DNA of 64,000 bases from Coniocarpon cinnabarinum (lineage: Eukaryota): assembly GCA_051942205.1 (NCBI GenBank), contig JAVECO010000080.1, positions 1-64,000 on the forward strand, written 5' to 3'. The translations under genes and the position numbers were made by a program. Of the stretch, positions 12,424 through 25,216 are shown piece after piece (position 1 is the stretch's first letter; each line of letters opens with the position of its first letter). The notes under the pieces were generated by a model that saw nothing but the letters and a program-made list of their open reading frames with translations, made no database searches and was not told the DNA's origin.

Positions 12424-13926
12424 ATGGTGTGTTCACAAGCGGGAATCTGCCTCATTTGACTCAAGCCTGACCTGATTGAATAGGCGACGTCCAAAATAGT
12501 TTCCAATACTGCGCTAGTGAGTCCAGTGCCTCTGCCAACTCATTTTGCATATAGCCACTGACAGAGTTCTTTCAGTTGGACAAATTTCTCAAGCTTGACC
12601 AGCGAGGCTCGGTCATCGCCGAGTATGTTTGGATTGACAGTTCAAATGGCACTCGCTCAAAAAGCAAGGTAAGCTTCTCCAGACTCCACACGGTCAATTG
12701 ACAAGTATGTGGGCGATGGTGGATCTTCATACAAAGTAAGGGCGACAATGTCTGCGACCCTAGCCTACCAATCGCATTCCAGAAGCGTTCGAGTCCTCGT
12801 GGCATCCACGCAAGCTGTGACGATCAATCGCGGGCACCTTGCGTGATTGTGGCATTGCCCATTACGGGTTCAAGTGCGCGTGCTAACACGATGCCCGTTG
12901 CAGACTCTCAAGTCCAAACCGCAATCATACAAAGATCTTCCAGAATGGAACTTCGATGGCTCCTCCACCGACCAGGCTCCTGGCGACAACTCTGATGTCT
13001 ATCTCCGTCCCGTGGCCATGTATCCTGACCCCTTCCGTGGCGAGCCCAACATCCTGGTAATGTGCGAGACATACATGTCTGACGGCAAACCCAACCAATA
13101 CAACTTCCGCCACGATGCGGCAATCCTCATGGAGGCATACGCCAAGCACGCCTTCTGGTTCGGTCTTGAGCAAGAATACACCATGCTAGATGAGAAGGGC
13201 TGGCCATACGGCTGGCCCGAGAATGGGTTTCCCGCACCCCAGGGACCATACTACTGTGGCAATGGTACTGGCAAGGTTTACGCAAGAGATATTGTCGAAT
13301 CCCACTACAAAGCCTGTCTCTATGCGGGCATACAAATATCTGGCACAAACGCAGAGGTCATGCCTGCGCAGTGGGAGTACCAGGTCGGTCCGTGTGAGGG
13401 CATCTCTCTTGGCGACGAACTCTGGATGTCGCGATTCCTTTTGGCCCGCGTGGCGGAGATGTACGGCGTCAAGATTACTTTCTCTCCGAAGCCAATTCCC
13501 GGTGACTGGAACGGTGCTGGCCTACACACGAACGTCTCGACCGCTGAGATGCGGAAAGACGGTGGGATCAAGGCTATCGAGGAGGCCATGAAAAGTCTGG
13601 AGAAGCGTCACGTGGAGCACATGAAGGTATATGGTGAAGGCAACGAAGCGCGTATGACGGGAAAGCATGAGACAGCATCATACGACAAGTTCACATGGGG
13701 CGTCGCCAACCGTGGCGCAAGTTGCAGAATCAACCGAGCGTGCCAAGAGGAAGGCAAGGGTTACTTTGAAGACCGCCGTCCCGCCAGCAACGCCGATCCA
13801 TATCAGATCACGGGTGTCATTGTGGAGTCGTTATGCGGCCACGTCGAAGGCGCAGATATGGTAAAGACAAGTTTGCAGGCGGAGATGCAGGAGAACCAGA
13901 TGAATGTTGTCGTGGCGAAACCATGA
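12424..13926 (+). CDS. GLN1: Glutamine synthetase (type II)
   Basis: Exons 12424-12426 (ATG only), 12484-12516, 12576-12668 and 12904-13926. Motifs: [69 protein letters not shown]. Confidence 0.98.
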
Positions 13927-14406
13927 AGCTTGAGCGTGGTGCTCAATTCGGATCTTGCCAATTTCGAAGGTCTTGCCCTGATCGTGAAGCCAAATCTCAA
14001 TGAGGCTTTGTCAATGTTGCACTGCACAGCACCTGCACTGAAGGCGTTGCGCAAGGATCGGTCTGTCTCTACCGCGTCAGGCACATACTTGATATCCCGG
14101 TTGACCAGTTGGTCCCGGTCTGTAATACCAGCAGATGTCAATACATTTCATGCACTGATCATGAACTTGAGACTTTCCTTGACGGGCAACGTTTCAGATC
14201 TATTTTGTACTTCCGCTGGAACTTGGGTACCTAGTCACGTGCTCTCACGCTTGACTGTATTTGGTCTAAGCGTCTGGTCTCGCTTTCGCTTCCTTCGTCG
14301 GAGAAGAGCATCTTCTCCAATTCATTCCTGCTCGAATGGCTCTTTGAAACGAAATGGAGTGATCTGTATTACCCTCAGCAGGCTGCAGTGCCTGCTTGAG
14401 TGACTA

Positions 14407-16952
14407 ATGATGTCGTCGCCACCGGCAGTCCCTGCTCCCTCGGCACAAAACCTTGCTAAATCACAATCCCAACGCTCACATACTCAAGCTCGCCCAGCTA
14501 CTGGTACCAACCCTTCAACGCCGGCGCCGGCAGCAACACCCGGTCAGCATGGCACGCCGTCTTCCAATGCATTCTTTCTTTCTCCAAGCACCAGTCGCGT
14601 TGGAAACATCGCGGGTAAGACTCCCATGGCCGGGAAGACAATTGTTGGTAAGGGCCCAGCAGGGAAAGGTCCTTGGACTCAGCATGCTACGCCGGCAGGC
14701 GCACAATTCGGATCGAGTCCGGCCGCAGTCAACATGATGGCGACGCCCAGTCTCAGCGGTGGCGGTGCCGGAGGCGTGGGCGGGACTACATTTGACAGCC
14801 CAAATCATGCAGCGCTGGCCGCTGTCGGGATGGAACCTACCAGCAGTGCGAACGCGATGGGGCTCAGCATGTCGAGTTTGGGTCTAAGCAGTCTTGGTGT
14901 ACATGGCACTGGTGGCAGCATGCTGCCTGGAATGTCGCAAGGCATGCTGGGCGCAAGCAGTATGGGCACAGGAGCACAGAAACTAGATGATGCAGAAAGG
15001 AGACGCAGACTAGAAAGTGTGCTGCTCATGCTCAGCGAGCGGACTGGTAGAATCAGTCAAGAAGGCTTGGAGAGACTGGCGAGGCGCATGGGCCTTGAGA
15101 TGTACGACGAATATCGGGATGGCGGTAGAAGCTTAACACTGGCTGGAAAAAGCATGTTTGCTGTGGATGTGAGCCCACCCTCTTCTGTCTATCTCAGGCT
15201 TAAATCTTGCAAAGCTTACATAGGGCATGGTAGGTTCTGTTCCGCCCACCGAGCTCGCCCACAGTCGACCAGACCACGTTCTCCTTTCATGAGGTCAACG
15301 AGGAGACCATCGCGGACTTTTCTCCTGCTGCGGGTATCCTCCGCGAAGACTTGTCCCCTCCCATTGGCATCTCTGCCATCAACGCCAAGCTCGATAGTTT
15401 TGCCAGGAATCTCGAAAAGATTTCCAAGTACGAGAGGCTCAGTGTCGATGCAGGTGGTGTGAATTGTTTCGAAGCCATCAGTGGCGTCTATCGAAGCCTG
15501 AAGCGGCTTCATGAGCATGAGATCAAGATGGCGCAGACATTGGAAGGGACGAAAGGCGTATCCGCATCGAATACTGAAGCAGCATGCAAAAGGAGCGGAT
15601 GGCCAAAGATGAATGTGAGAAGAACAGTAGGCCTGAGTGTTGAATACTGGAGAGATCGACATTGCATTTCGTCATCTGACGATCAATCAGAGCATGTTCC
15701 TACCGTCACTGCTACGCAAGACGAGCTTATGACGGATGTTTCCCCCAGACCAGAGACAGCTCCAGGCAACGCAGAAGACGACGACGCTTGCTACACGATC
15801 CACGTCGATATACAACCTTGCCCTTCCTCACTATATCCAACTATTCGAACGTCCAACCTCTGGATATCTGAATCAGTTGTCAAGGCTCCTTTGAATCCTC
15901 TCGACTCGTCCGTGGAGAAGACTGATATCTCGCAACCGCAAGGGTTTGACTGGCAAGATCCATCAACGAACGTTTTGACGCAACCGCCGGAGGCCCGCTT
16001 CATGGCCCAGCTGGATCCACCAGTCACGGTACGATTGGCTGTCGCGTCAGAAATGTTCGCCTCAGTGGGTGCAGAATTAGATGCCAGCCAGGAACAACTT
16101 CATCAGACGACATTTGAAGCCTCTTTGTTGGCTGATCTGCCACAGATGTCGCAGAGGAAAGTACCAAGCAGCATGAGTCAACCAATTGTTTCCAGTATTC
16201 CCGTTGCCGCCTTTGATGGGCATGGGGAAGAAAAAGAAGAGCAATGGCAATGTAGGCTTTACTTCCCTCGTCCCGAGCTCGCGAAAACAGTAGAGGGCAT
16301 TCCCTTCAGCCATCCAAGACAAGTAGTCGCCATGCTCCCAGTACTTAGGCAGCATGCGCTATTCTCCAGATTGGTGCGATCCACCACTAAGGCCAACGAG
16401 GAGCCTATTCAAAATGCCGACGGCGGCTTCACGTTGGAGAATGTCGACGACGTCGCTTACATGAATGGCGCACAATCTGCAGATGACATTAATTTCTCTG
16501 CTGGCACGGATCAGAATATACGAAACGAGCTGGACGCCCTGTTCGAAGATACGCCGTCGAACGTTTCTGAAAACCTGTTTTCGCCTGATGAGGAACAAAG
16601 CATTCACTTTCCAAAGCATCCATTTCTCGAAGAGAGTTCCATTCCTCGGATCGTCGACACAACGGTGACGCTCTCACCTCAACCGCATCTGTCGGTCATC
16701 ACGACCACCTCTCTCGGTCTGCTCATCATGCAAGTGACCGTCGCCCTGAATGCCGAAATCAGCGTCACAGCGACGAGCGAGACGGTTGATGCTCTTCTGT
16801 CTGATATCGAAGACGAAGCAGATAGAGCAGAAAAGAGACAGCGGTTTGAGCAGGGACTGAAGCAGGCACTCGAGGTCAGTGACGACATCCCCACTTGGAC
16901 TGAGTGGATCCGTGGAAAGGTGGCGCACTTGGCCTCGAACGTAAAGATCTAA
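14407..16952 (+). CDS. MED1: Mediator complex subunit Med1 (probable)
   Basis: Intron 15169-15233 (GTGAGC...TAG) joins the two ORFs in frame. GRISQEGLERLARRMGL...SLTLAG and FARNLEKISKYERLS...NCFEAISGVYRSL resemble fungal Med1 as recalled. Confidence 0.8.
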
Positions 16953-17181
16953 TTAGTCGCGGACGGCTGGATGATACTCGCCGCCCTGTTGATTTTCAAA
17001 GCTGTCTCAGACGCTCAGTCTTGCTCATGGATGGCAGCTTTGCACGTCATTCAAGACGAGGACTCTACCTAGATTCCTCAACAACCCTAACCCTTGTCGT
17101 ACCCCTCCACCCCACCACTGCTTGACGCGTCCTGGACGCGTTCTAGGTCGTCGCATTTGCAAGATCTACAAATATGCACAA

Positions 17182-20100
17182 ATGCCTGAGACGCCGGAGG
17201 AGCGCATTGAGAGTGCGCTTTCGCAGCTGGTCGAGCGTCTGCAGCCCAGCACAGAACATGAAGACGAGGTCGCCAGCGACGAGCGTTATTTTCGCGCATT
17301 CGACGCTGCCAAAGAAATCATTCAGAGCGTAGAAGCGCCAGCTATTGCCCACGATGAGAATCACGTCGCAGATCTGATCAGAAGAAGGTGTATGTAAGGC
17401 GCTGATGTTCCGCGTGGAAGTATGCAGCTGGAGCTGATTAAATCAAGTGGTCCAGGAAAATGACCTGCCTCAAGTCGCCCTACAGTTTAGCAATCTGTTC
17501 TCGAGATTGCTGTCGCGACCGGTCTTGAATCAGAAGTGGGCAATTCTTTACCTGCTGAATAGTCTGTCGGGTACGAGCCGGATCTCAGAAAGAAACGATC
17601 AGACGTCGCCGGTGAGACATCAGAATCCTGTTGAGTTGAATGGGAATGCAAGACATGAGCGACTATCCCCCCTTGATCCTCGCAACGGAGGCGAGAGACT
17701 TGATCAACGTTCACCATTCCACGCTCGCACCGGAGATGGTGAGTCAAGAGCTTTCGACGAGACATTTTCAAGAAGAGGTCTAGCTGTGAACCCCGGCGAA
17801 ACACCCAACTCTCTTAATCCTAATTCTGAGAGAAGAAGACATCAAGAGATTGGCCGACCAGCAGAACGACCACGGCGAACCAGAGATATTGCCAATGGCA
17901 TGAGCCCGCAAAATTCAACACGGTATGCTGAACGGTCCCTACCTCAAAAAAAGACGATTCCTGAATCAGCGCTACTACGAGACTTGCCCTTCACCTTGCA
18001 AGGCATCTCATCGACGAATCTTCTGTTCCCGTCCCCGAATGTTCTGAAGCTTCCTCAAAATCTCCCGCCTCCAATCATCTCACTCCTCCATTCTCTCGCC
18101 GAACCGTCGCTGCTTTACAAAAGCCTCACTACCTTCGCAGAATCAGCGGCTGAGGGTCTGATCGACCAAGCTCTAAGATCAGCCATCGGTATCGAGCTTC
18201 GAAGCTATCTCAGCTTAGTGGCGTCTTTGGAAGGACAAATTCGACGTGCCTTGACCCAGCTTGAGGAAAGCAACAGCAGAACGAACTTAGGCAAGGCTGG
18301 TGTCACTCTGAAACGATGCGTGATCTGGACTCGCGAAGCCACTCTTGGCTTACGACTCATGAGTGTCATTGTCGAGGAGTCACGCACGCAGCGAGGCGGA
18401 CAGCTGATCTCGCTCATCCACAATTTTGCTTCTTCTCACGGAGATCCTTTTGTCGGCGCGTTTGCGGAGCGCATCCTCGGCCAGATTACTGGTCCATTCT
18501 ATGCGATGCTGCGAAGCTGGATCTACGAAGGCGACCTCTCTGATCCATATCGAGAGTTCTTCGTTTCTGAACAGGACCCTTCGCGTGCCAATGCTGAGGA
18601 CAACCAGCCTCGTGGCGCTGCCACTTCCGTGTGGTCGGACAAGTACACCTTGAATCACGAAATGATCCCTTCAGTAGTCGATGAAGCCTTCGCACAGCGT
18701 GTCTTCTTGATTGGCAAGTCTCTCAACTTCATACGAACCGCATGTGGAGACCCTGGCTGGGTATCAACTTATGCAAAAACGCACTCACATCCCCTTTCGT
18801 ACTCCGACACCGCTGCACTCTCCTCATCCATCGACAGTGCCTACTCCGACACCATGTCCCGCCTCATCCACCTCATGAACACTAAATTTCACCTACGCAC
18901 GCATCTCACAGCTCTCAAGAATTACCTCCTCCTCGCCCAAGGCGACTTCGTTTCCCTCTTGATGGAGTCTCTCGCCACCAATCTCGACCGCCCCGCCAAC
19001 TCCCAATACCGCCACACACTGACCGCCCAACTCGAACACGCCATCCGCGGTTCAAACGCTCAATTCGATAACCCCGATGTTCTCCGCCGTCTTGACGCAC
19101 GCATGCTCGAACTTAGCATGGGCGACATCGGCTGGGATGTCTTTACGCTCGAGTACAAAGTCGATGCCCCTGTCGATGTCATCGTCACACCACACGCCAA
19201 CATCCAATACCTCAAGATCTTCAACTTCCTCTGGCGCGTCAAACGCGTCGACTTTGCTCTCGCTACCACCTGGCGTCGCTCCGTCACGGGTGCCCGATCC
19301 GTGCTTAAAGCGGCCAAATCAGTGACGCCGCGGGACTGGAAACAGGCGCGTTGTGCCATTGCGGAGATGTCGCATTTCGTGCGGCAACTCACGTATTACA
19401 TTCTTTTCGAAGTGATTGAATCCGCGTGGACGACTCTCATGTCCAACATCGAGAGTCCCTCGTCCACCCTCGACGATCTGATCAAAGCTCATACCGAGTA
19501 CTTGAAGTCCATCACGCGAAAGGGGCTATTGGCATCGGGCGGTCAGCCCAGCGGCGCAGCCCCATTTGCGAGTCAGTTGCATGAATTGCTGAAAATCATG
19601 CTGGCCTATCGCGACGCCGTCGAGGGTCTCTACGCCATCTGCGCGCAGGAAGCGGCTCGGGACGATGCGCGGCGCGCGAAGATCGACCAGCGCACGGGCA
19701 GGGGCCAATGGGGCATCACCGACCGCGACGACGAGGACGTCCCTTCCACGCGGGACACCGACAGTCCTCTTCCCCCGCCCCTACTGAATCTCGGCGCCGA
19801 CGGGCAACTCAACCTCAATGACCCGAATGCTATCGGATCCAATAGCGTCGACGTCCTCCGGAAACGACTGAGTAGTCTGATGAGCGAGTTTCGGACCGGA
19901 ATCCAGGGACTCCTGGGCGATCTGGCGCATCAGCCGGACCCGGATTTGAGGTTTTTGGGCGTGGTCATGAATTTTAATGACTTTTATGCGCCGGTGAGAC
20001 GGCGGCGGAAGGAGCAGAGTAGTCGGGCTCGTGACGGGGAGAGGCAGGGGAATGAGAGGGAGCGGAAGGAGGGCAAGGACAGGGAGGGGAATAAGGGGGA

Positions 20101-20299
20101 TGATGGGGAGAGGCAGGGTGCTGTGCATGCGGGGAGAGCGAAGCTGGATGGTGCGGCAGAGGGACGGGTAAAGCTGGATGGTGCTCCTGAAGCAAAGGCA
20201 AAGGAGCGGAGAGGGAGTCAGCGCGAGAGTGTCAGGAGGAAGGAGAGGTCGCCGGGGAAGTTGAGACGCGACGGCGAAGGCGAGGGCGAGGACAAGTAA
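17182..20299 (+). CDS. SPC98: Gamma-tubulin complex component GCP3 (Spc98/Alp6)
   Basis: Exon 17182-17389, intron GTATGT...AAG, exon 17448-20299. GRIP-domain motifs: LLRDLPFTLQG, HGDPFV, WIYEGDLSDPYREFF, IGKSLNFIR, YLLLAQGDF, GWDVFTLEYKVDAP, YLKIFNFLWRVKR. Confidence 0.93.
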
Positions 20300-20709
20300 G
20301 TGATCAATAGACGCCTATTGTCATCGTCATCGTTCTCGTGAATGATCTGATACCCAGGACGTCCACCCTTCCTCCTTGAAGTGGACCCCGCATTCTCCGT
20401 CTGTGACGCCCTTTCCGTTATGTGCTTGCGTTCAATGTCGATTCCTAGCGGACCCATCAGAAACTACGATTAAATCTGTGCCCTCTATTCTCACACCTTT
20501 ATATCCGCTTACCTGGAATAAACGGCAGGATGAAATAGCGTGACTGAGTCGAACTCAGCCGTGCACTCGACGTCACGTCGATTTGAATGGCTCGGTGAAT
20601 CAATCCGGCCTCTCTTTTCCTTTTCCTCACCAATGCTGGCAGCGCTCGAATCTCGCGGGTGGTCCAGCGAGTAGCCAGGGCATGATAACCCGTCATCCTC
20701 TGTCATCCC

Positions 20710-20840
20710 AAAAAAAAGAAAAAGAAAAGAAAAGAAAAGAAAAGAAAAGAAAAGAAAAGAAAAAAAAAGAAAAAAAAGAAAAGAAAAGAAAAGAAAAGAA
20801 AAGAAAAAAAAAGAAAAAAAAGAAAAGAAAAGAAAAGAAA
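20710..20840 (+). repeat. Imperfect (AAAAG)n microsatellite / purine tract, about 130 bp
   Basis: Directly visible run of AAAAG units with poly-A interruptions. Confidence 0.97.
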
Positions 20841-21128
20841 GATGTAGCATCCCCTTGCGCCTCTATCATTTCTTTCCCTTGACCCCCATCGAATATCATA
20901 TTCCGAGACGCTAGCGTGCTAGGCGCATTGCCTAATGGAATCCGTGGCTTTTATGAAAGGCGAGTAATGGAATCGTCTTACCTATATCTGTCCTCTATAC
21001 TTGCAGTACTTTAGCTGTCGTACCTTAGCTGTCATCACTAATGATGTGTCAAATCAGTCGAATGTGACTGGCACATCCCATGCCCATCTCTTTCGATCTT
21101 TCTTGTCACACACTCTAAACTTTCAATT

Positions 21129-21176
21129 GTTTCCATCTCTGTTTCCAGCCCTGTTTCTAGCTCTGTTTCCATCTCT
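21129..21176 (+). repeat. 12-bp minisatellite, 4 copies (GTTTCCATCTCT-like)
   Basis: Units: gtttccatctct, gtttccagccct, gtttctagctct, gtttccatctct. Confidence 0.85.
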
Positions 21177-21760
21177 GGATCACGCACTCCAATAGATCGG
21201 ATCATGTCCCGGATTGAATTTCGCTATCCAACTCATTCAACGTGGCACAATGTGATCTCGAGACATGACAGCAGCATATGTCCTCGCCGCCGTTTCAACG
21301 CTAATTCCCTTCGCTTCAGACCATTTTCTCCAATCGTTGAGATGTTCCATAATATCAGAGCACTAATGCTTACATCGTCAGGTTTACACGATAGAACATC
21401 CGGATTGACGAAGAGTACGAGGCTTGCATCTCTGAGCAAGGGTGGATACTTTCCGTAGAAACAGACTATCAATGGCAGGGGCGTGACGTTCATTCACGCC
21501 AAAGACACAGTGACGAGCGAGACGCCTCATTCTTGCGACATGAAGAGCAAAGCCACATGCACATGAGCTAGATGGTGACTCGTATCTGAAACACGCAATA
21601 TACCTTCCCTCTTGCTGTATCCACGTCTCACCATATATCGTGTACCTGTGACATGTTACATACAATGCAAGATTCCAGTACCGACGCGTGGAATCAACGA
21701 TCAAATCCCCTAATCAATCCCACATCCTGTTCCGTGTCCATCAGTGACGCAGCCTCCAGT

Positions 21761-22405
21761 CTAGCCGGTGAGATCAACACATACAACCCCATCACAAGCA
21801 GAGCCGTCGTAGTGAATGTCGCCACGTGCATTGATGCAGACGTGTTGCTGCATCGCGGGAGGATGACGTCGTCCATGGTGCGGATCTGGAACAGTCAGCA
21901 TGTCGACGCGACAAGAGCGATGAAGTGAAATTAGCACGCCACGATTGAGAACTTACCAATTGTGTCTGAAGAAGCGACGCCGTTGACGTATCCGAGAGCG
22001 ATTTTAATGGGGAGACCAGTCCTCTTACACAAGACGGAACAATATCTGTGTTTTGGCCAGGGGAGAGATACGTCCGCCATGCTTTCCCACGCGAAGTCGA
22101 AATCGAGAAAGAAATGTTCGCACGTTTGAGAGGATGACTTGTCAGTAAGCGGCATGTCTGCATTAGTGAAATGGTGGATGCCATCGTGAACCTGCTTGAA
22201 AGCTGCAGATACCGTGACAAGTTGGATGTAGAAATCATGTTGACTGAAGAGCGCCTATCACAAGTGAAGAGTGCAGAGGGAGTCACTTGTATTGGGGGCG
22301 AGGATGAAGGAAAAGACAAGAGAAGGCAGAGGTGCAAAGACGAGAGTCGCAGTAGCGCAGAGGCGTAGATGCAGAGGGAGGCAGGAAAGCACTGTACTCA
22401 CACAT
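21761..22405 (-). CDS. Candidate small spliced orphan protein (about 124 aa)
   Basis: CAAC-ATG-T|GTGAGT start; exons 22405-22402, 22202-21957 and 21885-21761 total 375 nt and read open. The second intron has strong signals (GTAAGT...GCTGAC...CAG); the first has a weak branch site. No recognisable domain. Confidence 0.4.
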
Positions 22406-22726
22406 GTTGTTTGTACGGTGTCAGAGCGTGGACTGCAAACTTCATGATGTTTGTGATGACGTAGAAGTGAGAACGACGAATACGTTGACTCTTACCTCAA
22501 GGCCACATGAACACATCGCATTGCAACAGCATGAATGAGGGCCAGGAAGTTCGCAAAAAGCACAACTCTCAAATCGATCTCATTCAGACAGCGTTCGAAA
22601 GAAGATGAGTTACAACGAACGTTTGGTGCCTCTTCACGAGTTTTCGCGAGCATACAAACACCCAGAGTATGAAAATAGCTGTGACATTGGAATCCAAGCC
22701 ACAGTTCAAAAAAACGAGCGGTCTTG

Positions 22727-25216
22727 CTACACAGCGAGTCGAAAGATGCAAGCGCGCCAGCCGTACGCCCAGCTCAGTCGTCGACCGAGACGCTTGATAG
22801 CTTCAAAAGGTATCTTGCCACAAGGATAGGGCTCATTGAACTGGAAGCCGGCTTTGTAGTATGCTCGAGTTGGTGTGAAGTGCCACGCTGAGCCGTGAAA
22901 TCGCTCGGCTGTGAACCCCGCGCTGATGATGGCATGCAGAAAGTCATGCCACGCAACCTCACCAGGCTGACAGTCGGAAGAGGGAGCGACGAACATTTTT
23001 CTGAATACTTTGAGGGCGCGATTGTCCACATAGATTATCTGGTCGGGATTGGAGTCGCCTGAGAGTGTAGAAGATGAGTTTGACGACTGAAGACCGAGCG
23101 GTTCGGAGTCGACGCGAGAACCCAATCGTCCTCCAACGATCGCATCTCCTTCAGCTGCATGCTCGGTGGCGCCAGTACAGGTAGCTTCGAGTGCTGCGAA
23201 GTGCTCAGCCAGTGTGATGACGCTGTCTAGGCCCAAGATAGTCCTCTCTTGCTTTGCTGGCTTGGTATATTCAGGAGTACGCAGTACGACGCGTCGATTC
23301 CACAAGGCTTGAACATGGGGCGACTGCGGGTAAAATTGCTCTAATGTCTTGTCAAGCTCTTCCCAGAACTGATCGAGGTTGGACTCAGCAGAACGTAAAG
23401 CATCAACATTCTCTCGCGTTCGTCGACTGCCAATAGGATACCGAAACCGTTCGTTCGTTGGAGCCGCCTTTTCAGTATGTGCGCGTCCCAAGACAACGTC
23501 GACATAGGACGTCCATGCTTTTTCTGTGTTAATTGCGTCCTCTTGGATCGACTCCTCGTTCCTTGCAACATCGGCTTCATATGTATAGATACAGGGATTA
23601 TAAAGTTTCAATTCGACTTGACACATGGACAGAATTGATATGTCTGACATTCGCTCTGCCAGCCACGGCGAAATCAAATGCCTGACGCGAGTCTCGTTGT
23701 CCGCAAGTCGCTGCAGCTCATCCAAAGCGGTTTCCAATTCCATGAGCTCCCGTTTCTCCTCGTGGAACAGAGCGTTTGCAAGGCGCAAAAATTCATTTCG
23801 AAATTCATTTTCAGGCGACCATTTCATTCGCACTCCAGCCTTGCCCCGGTAATCCAAAGAGATGCGCTCGAAACTCCCTCTCAGTAATGGCGAAGCAGTC
23901 AGACCCCTTCTCGTGCTGCGAAGGGTAGCGTCGATCACACACTCGAGATGGTGCAAGAGCTTGTGGTAGGTGAGGTTATACTCCAATGACTGTTCTTGCC
24001 TGGAAGCCCTATTCGATGCCTGCTCCACCTGCAGGCGGCGCAAACGCTTGACCCCTTCCAGCACCACGCCCCAACACTCAACGTCAAGAAAAGGCTTCAA
24101 TACTGCACTCCACGTCACGCGAGTCCAAAGGGTGTGCGCCAATGCCTGGTTGCTTGCGATTGGATGGCACTTTCCTTTAGAATCAGGTATCATCTCTTGT
24201 CTATGTTCCTTTTCTTCCAACAGGATAGCTGCAAAGTAGCTGGGGTCTTCTCGCAAGTCCCAGAGATGATCCTCAGCTGCAATGAATTTGGCCTGTACAA
24301 TGTTCTCGAGCCGTTTCAGATCTTGACGAGGCGGTCTCTTGTAAGGTTTCTCTGCGGCCACGGCAGTTCGAGAGGTAATGACATCGTCAATGTCGGTGAG
24401 TGGCGCTGGTTCTGGCATGACAGCAGCCTCTGCACCGTAGAGTTGCTTTTCACTCATTTCACAGAGGATCTGCAAGCAACATTTGACAAGGAATTGGTAA
24501 AGGCATCGCTGTATTTGCAGGAGCAAGAGGCCTTCACCGGGATCTAGATCGCGCTGCTGAGACTACCAGCCGCAAGTGCTGGGGACATCATATTTCTCGT
24601 TCAGCTCCCCGTAAGCTCCCGGTCGAGTGCGGCCAACGAAAGACATGAAATGACTGTCAAGTACACCGGGCCTTAGCAATCCAGAACCAATACCAAAGCG
24701 ACAGGAGTTCAAATCTGCAAAAGCAAATTCGTATGGCTGGCTTCGAGCCCTCGCATTGAGCAGCATCAACAGGGGTTTTGGCTTTGAAAGATCGTAGGTG
24801 TTGATATGTGGCCACATGTAATATCCCTCATGCTCAATAACCGGCTCAATGGACTGTCTGAACTCTTTCAGGTCCGGTCGATGGTCATCAGGCATGTCCG
24901 GCCATGCGTATTTGAGAATCTTCCAGCGCTGCTCCAGTTTGCGTTTCAGCCATCGCTTCTGGATGGTGGCCTCGTGTCTTTCGATTATGCCTCGTAAGAT
25001 CCTCCACGATGCGAATATATCTGTTGATAGAGAGATAGACTTGGCACGGACATCTTCGACGTTGAGGACCGGCAAGACTGCAATCCCTTTTGGACTCAAC
25101 TGCGTGAGACTGTCGAAAATAGCGCGATCAAGCTCGGTATCGTCGAGCCCTGGACTGAATGAAGGAGAGTGGGCCGCAGAGGTCCTTTGCGACTGATGGT
25201 CGTCGGTGATATCCAT
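22727..25216 (-). pseudogene. Large fungal hypothetical protein with a possible HicA-like C-terminal domain, interrupted by an in-frame TAG
   Basis: ORFs 24563-25216 and 22727-24526 share one frame and are separated only by TAG at 24565-24563 (STCGW*SQQRDLDPGEGLLLLQIQ). No intron of credible size spans the stop. Confidence 0.7.

Noticed and set aside
20540..20562. Hairpin CTGAG-TTCGA-CTCAG resembling a tRNA T arm (minus strand)
   Set aside because: The loop is 5 nt rather than 7, and no D or anticodon arms are recognisable nearby.
20509..20899. Phe-rich and Lys-rich ORFs in the track
   Set aside because: They are translations of the (AAAAG)n microsatellite.
21030..22460. C-box-like GTGATGA motifs (near 21032 on minus, 22453 on plus) as C/D snoRNAs
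   Set aside because: No suitably placed D box (CTGA) or terminal stem was seen.
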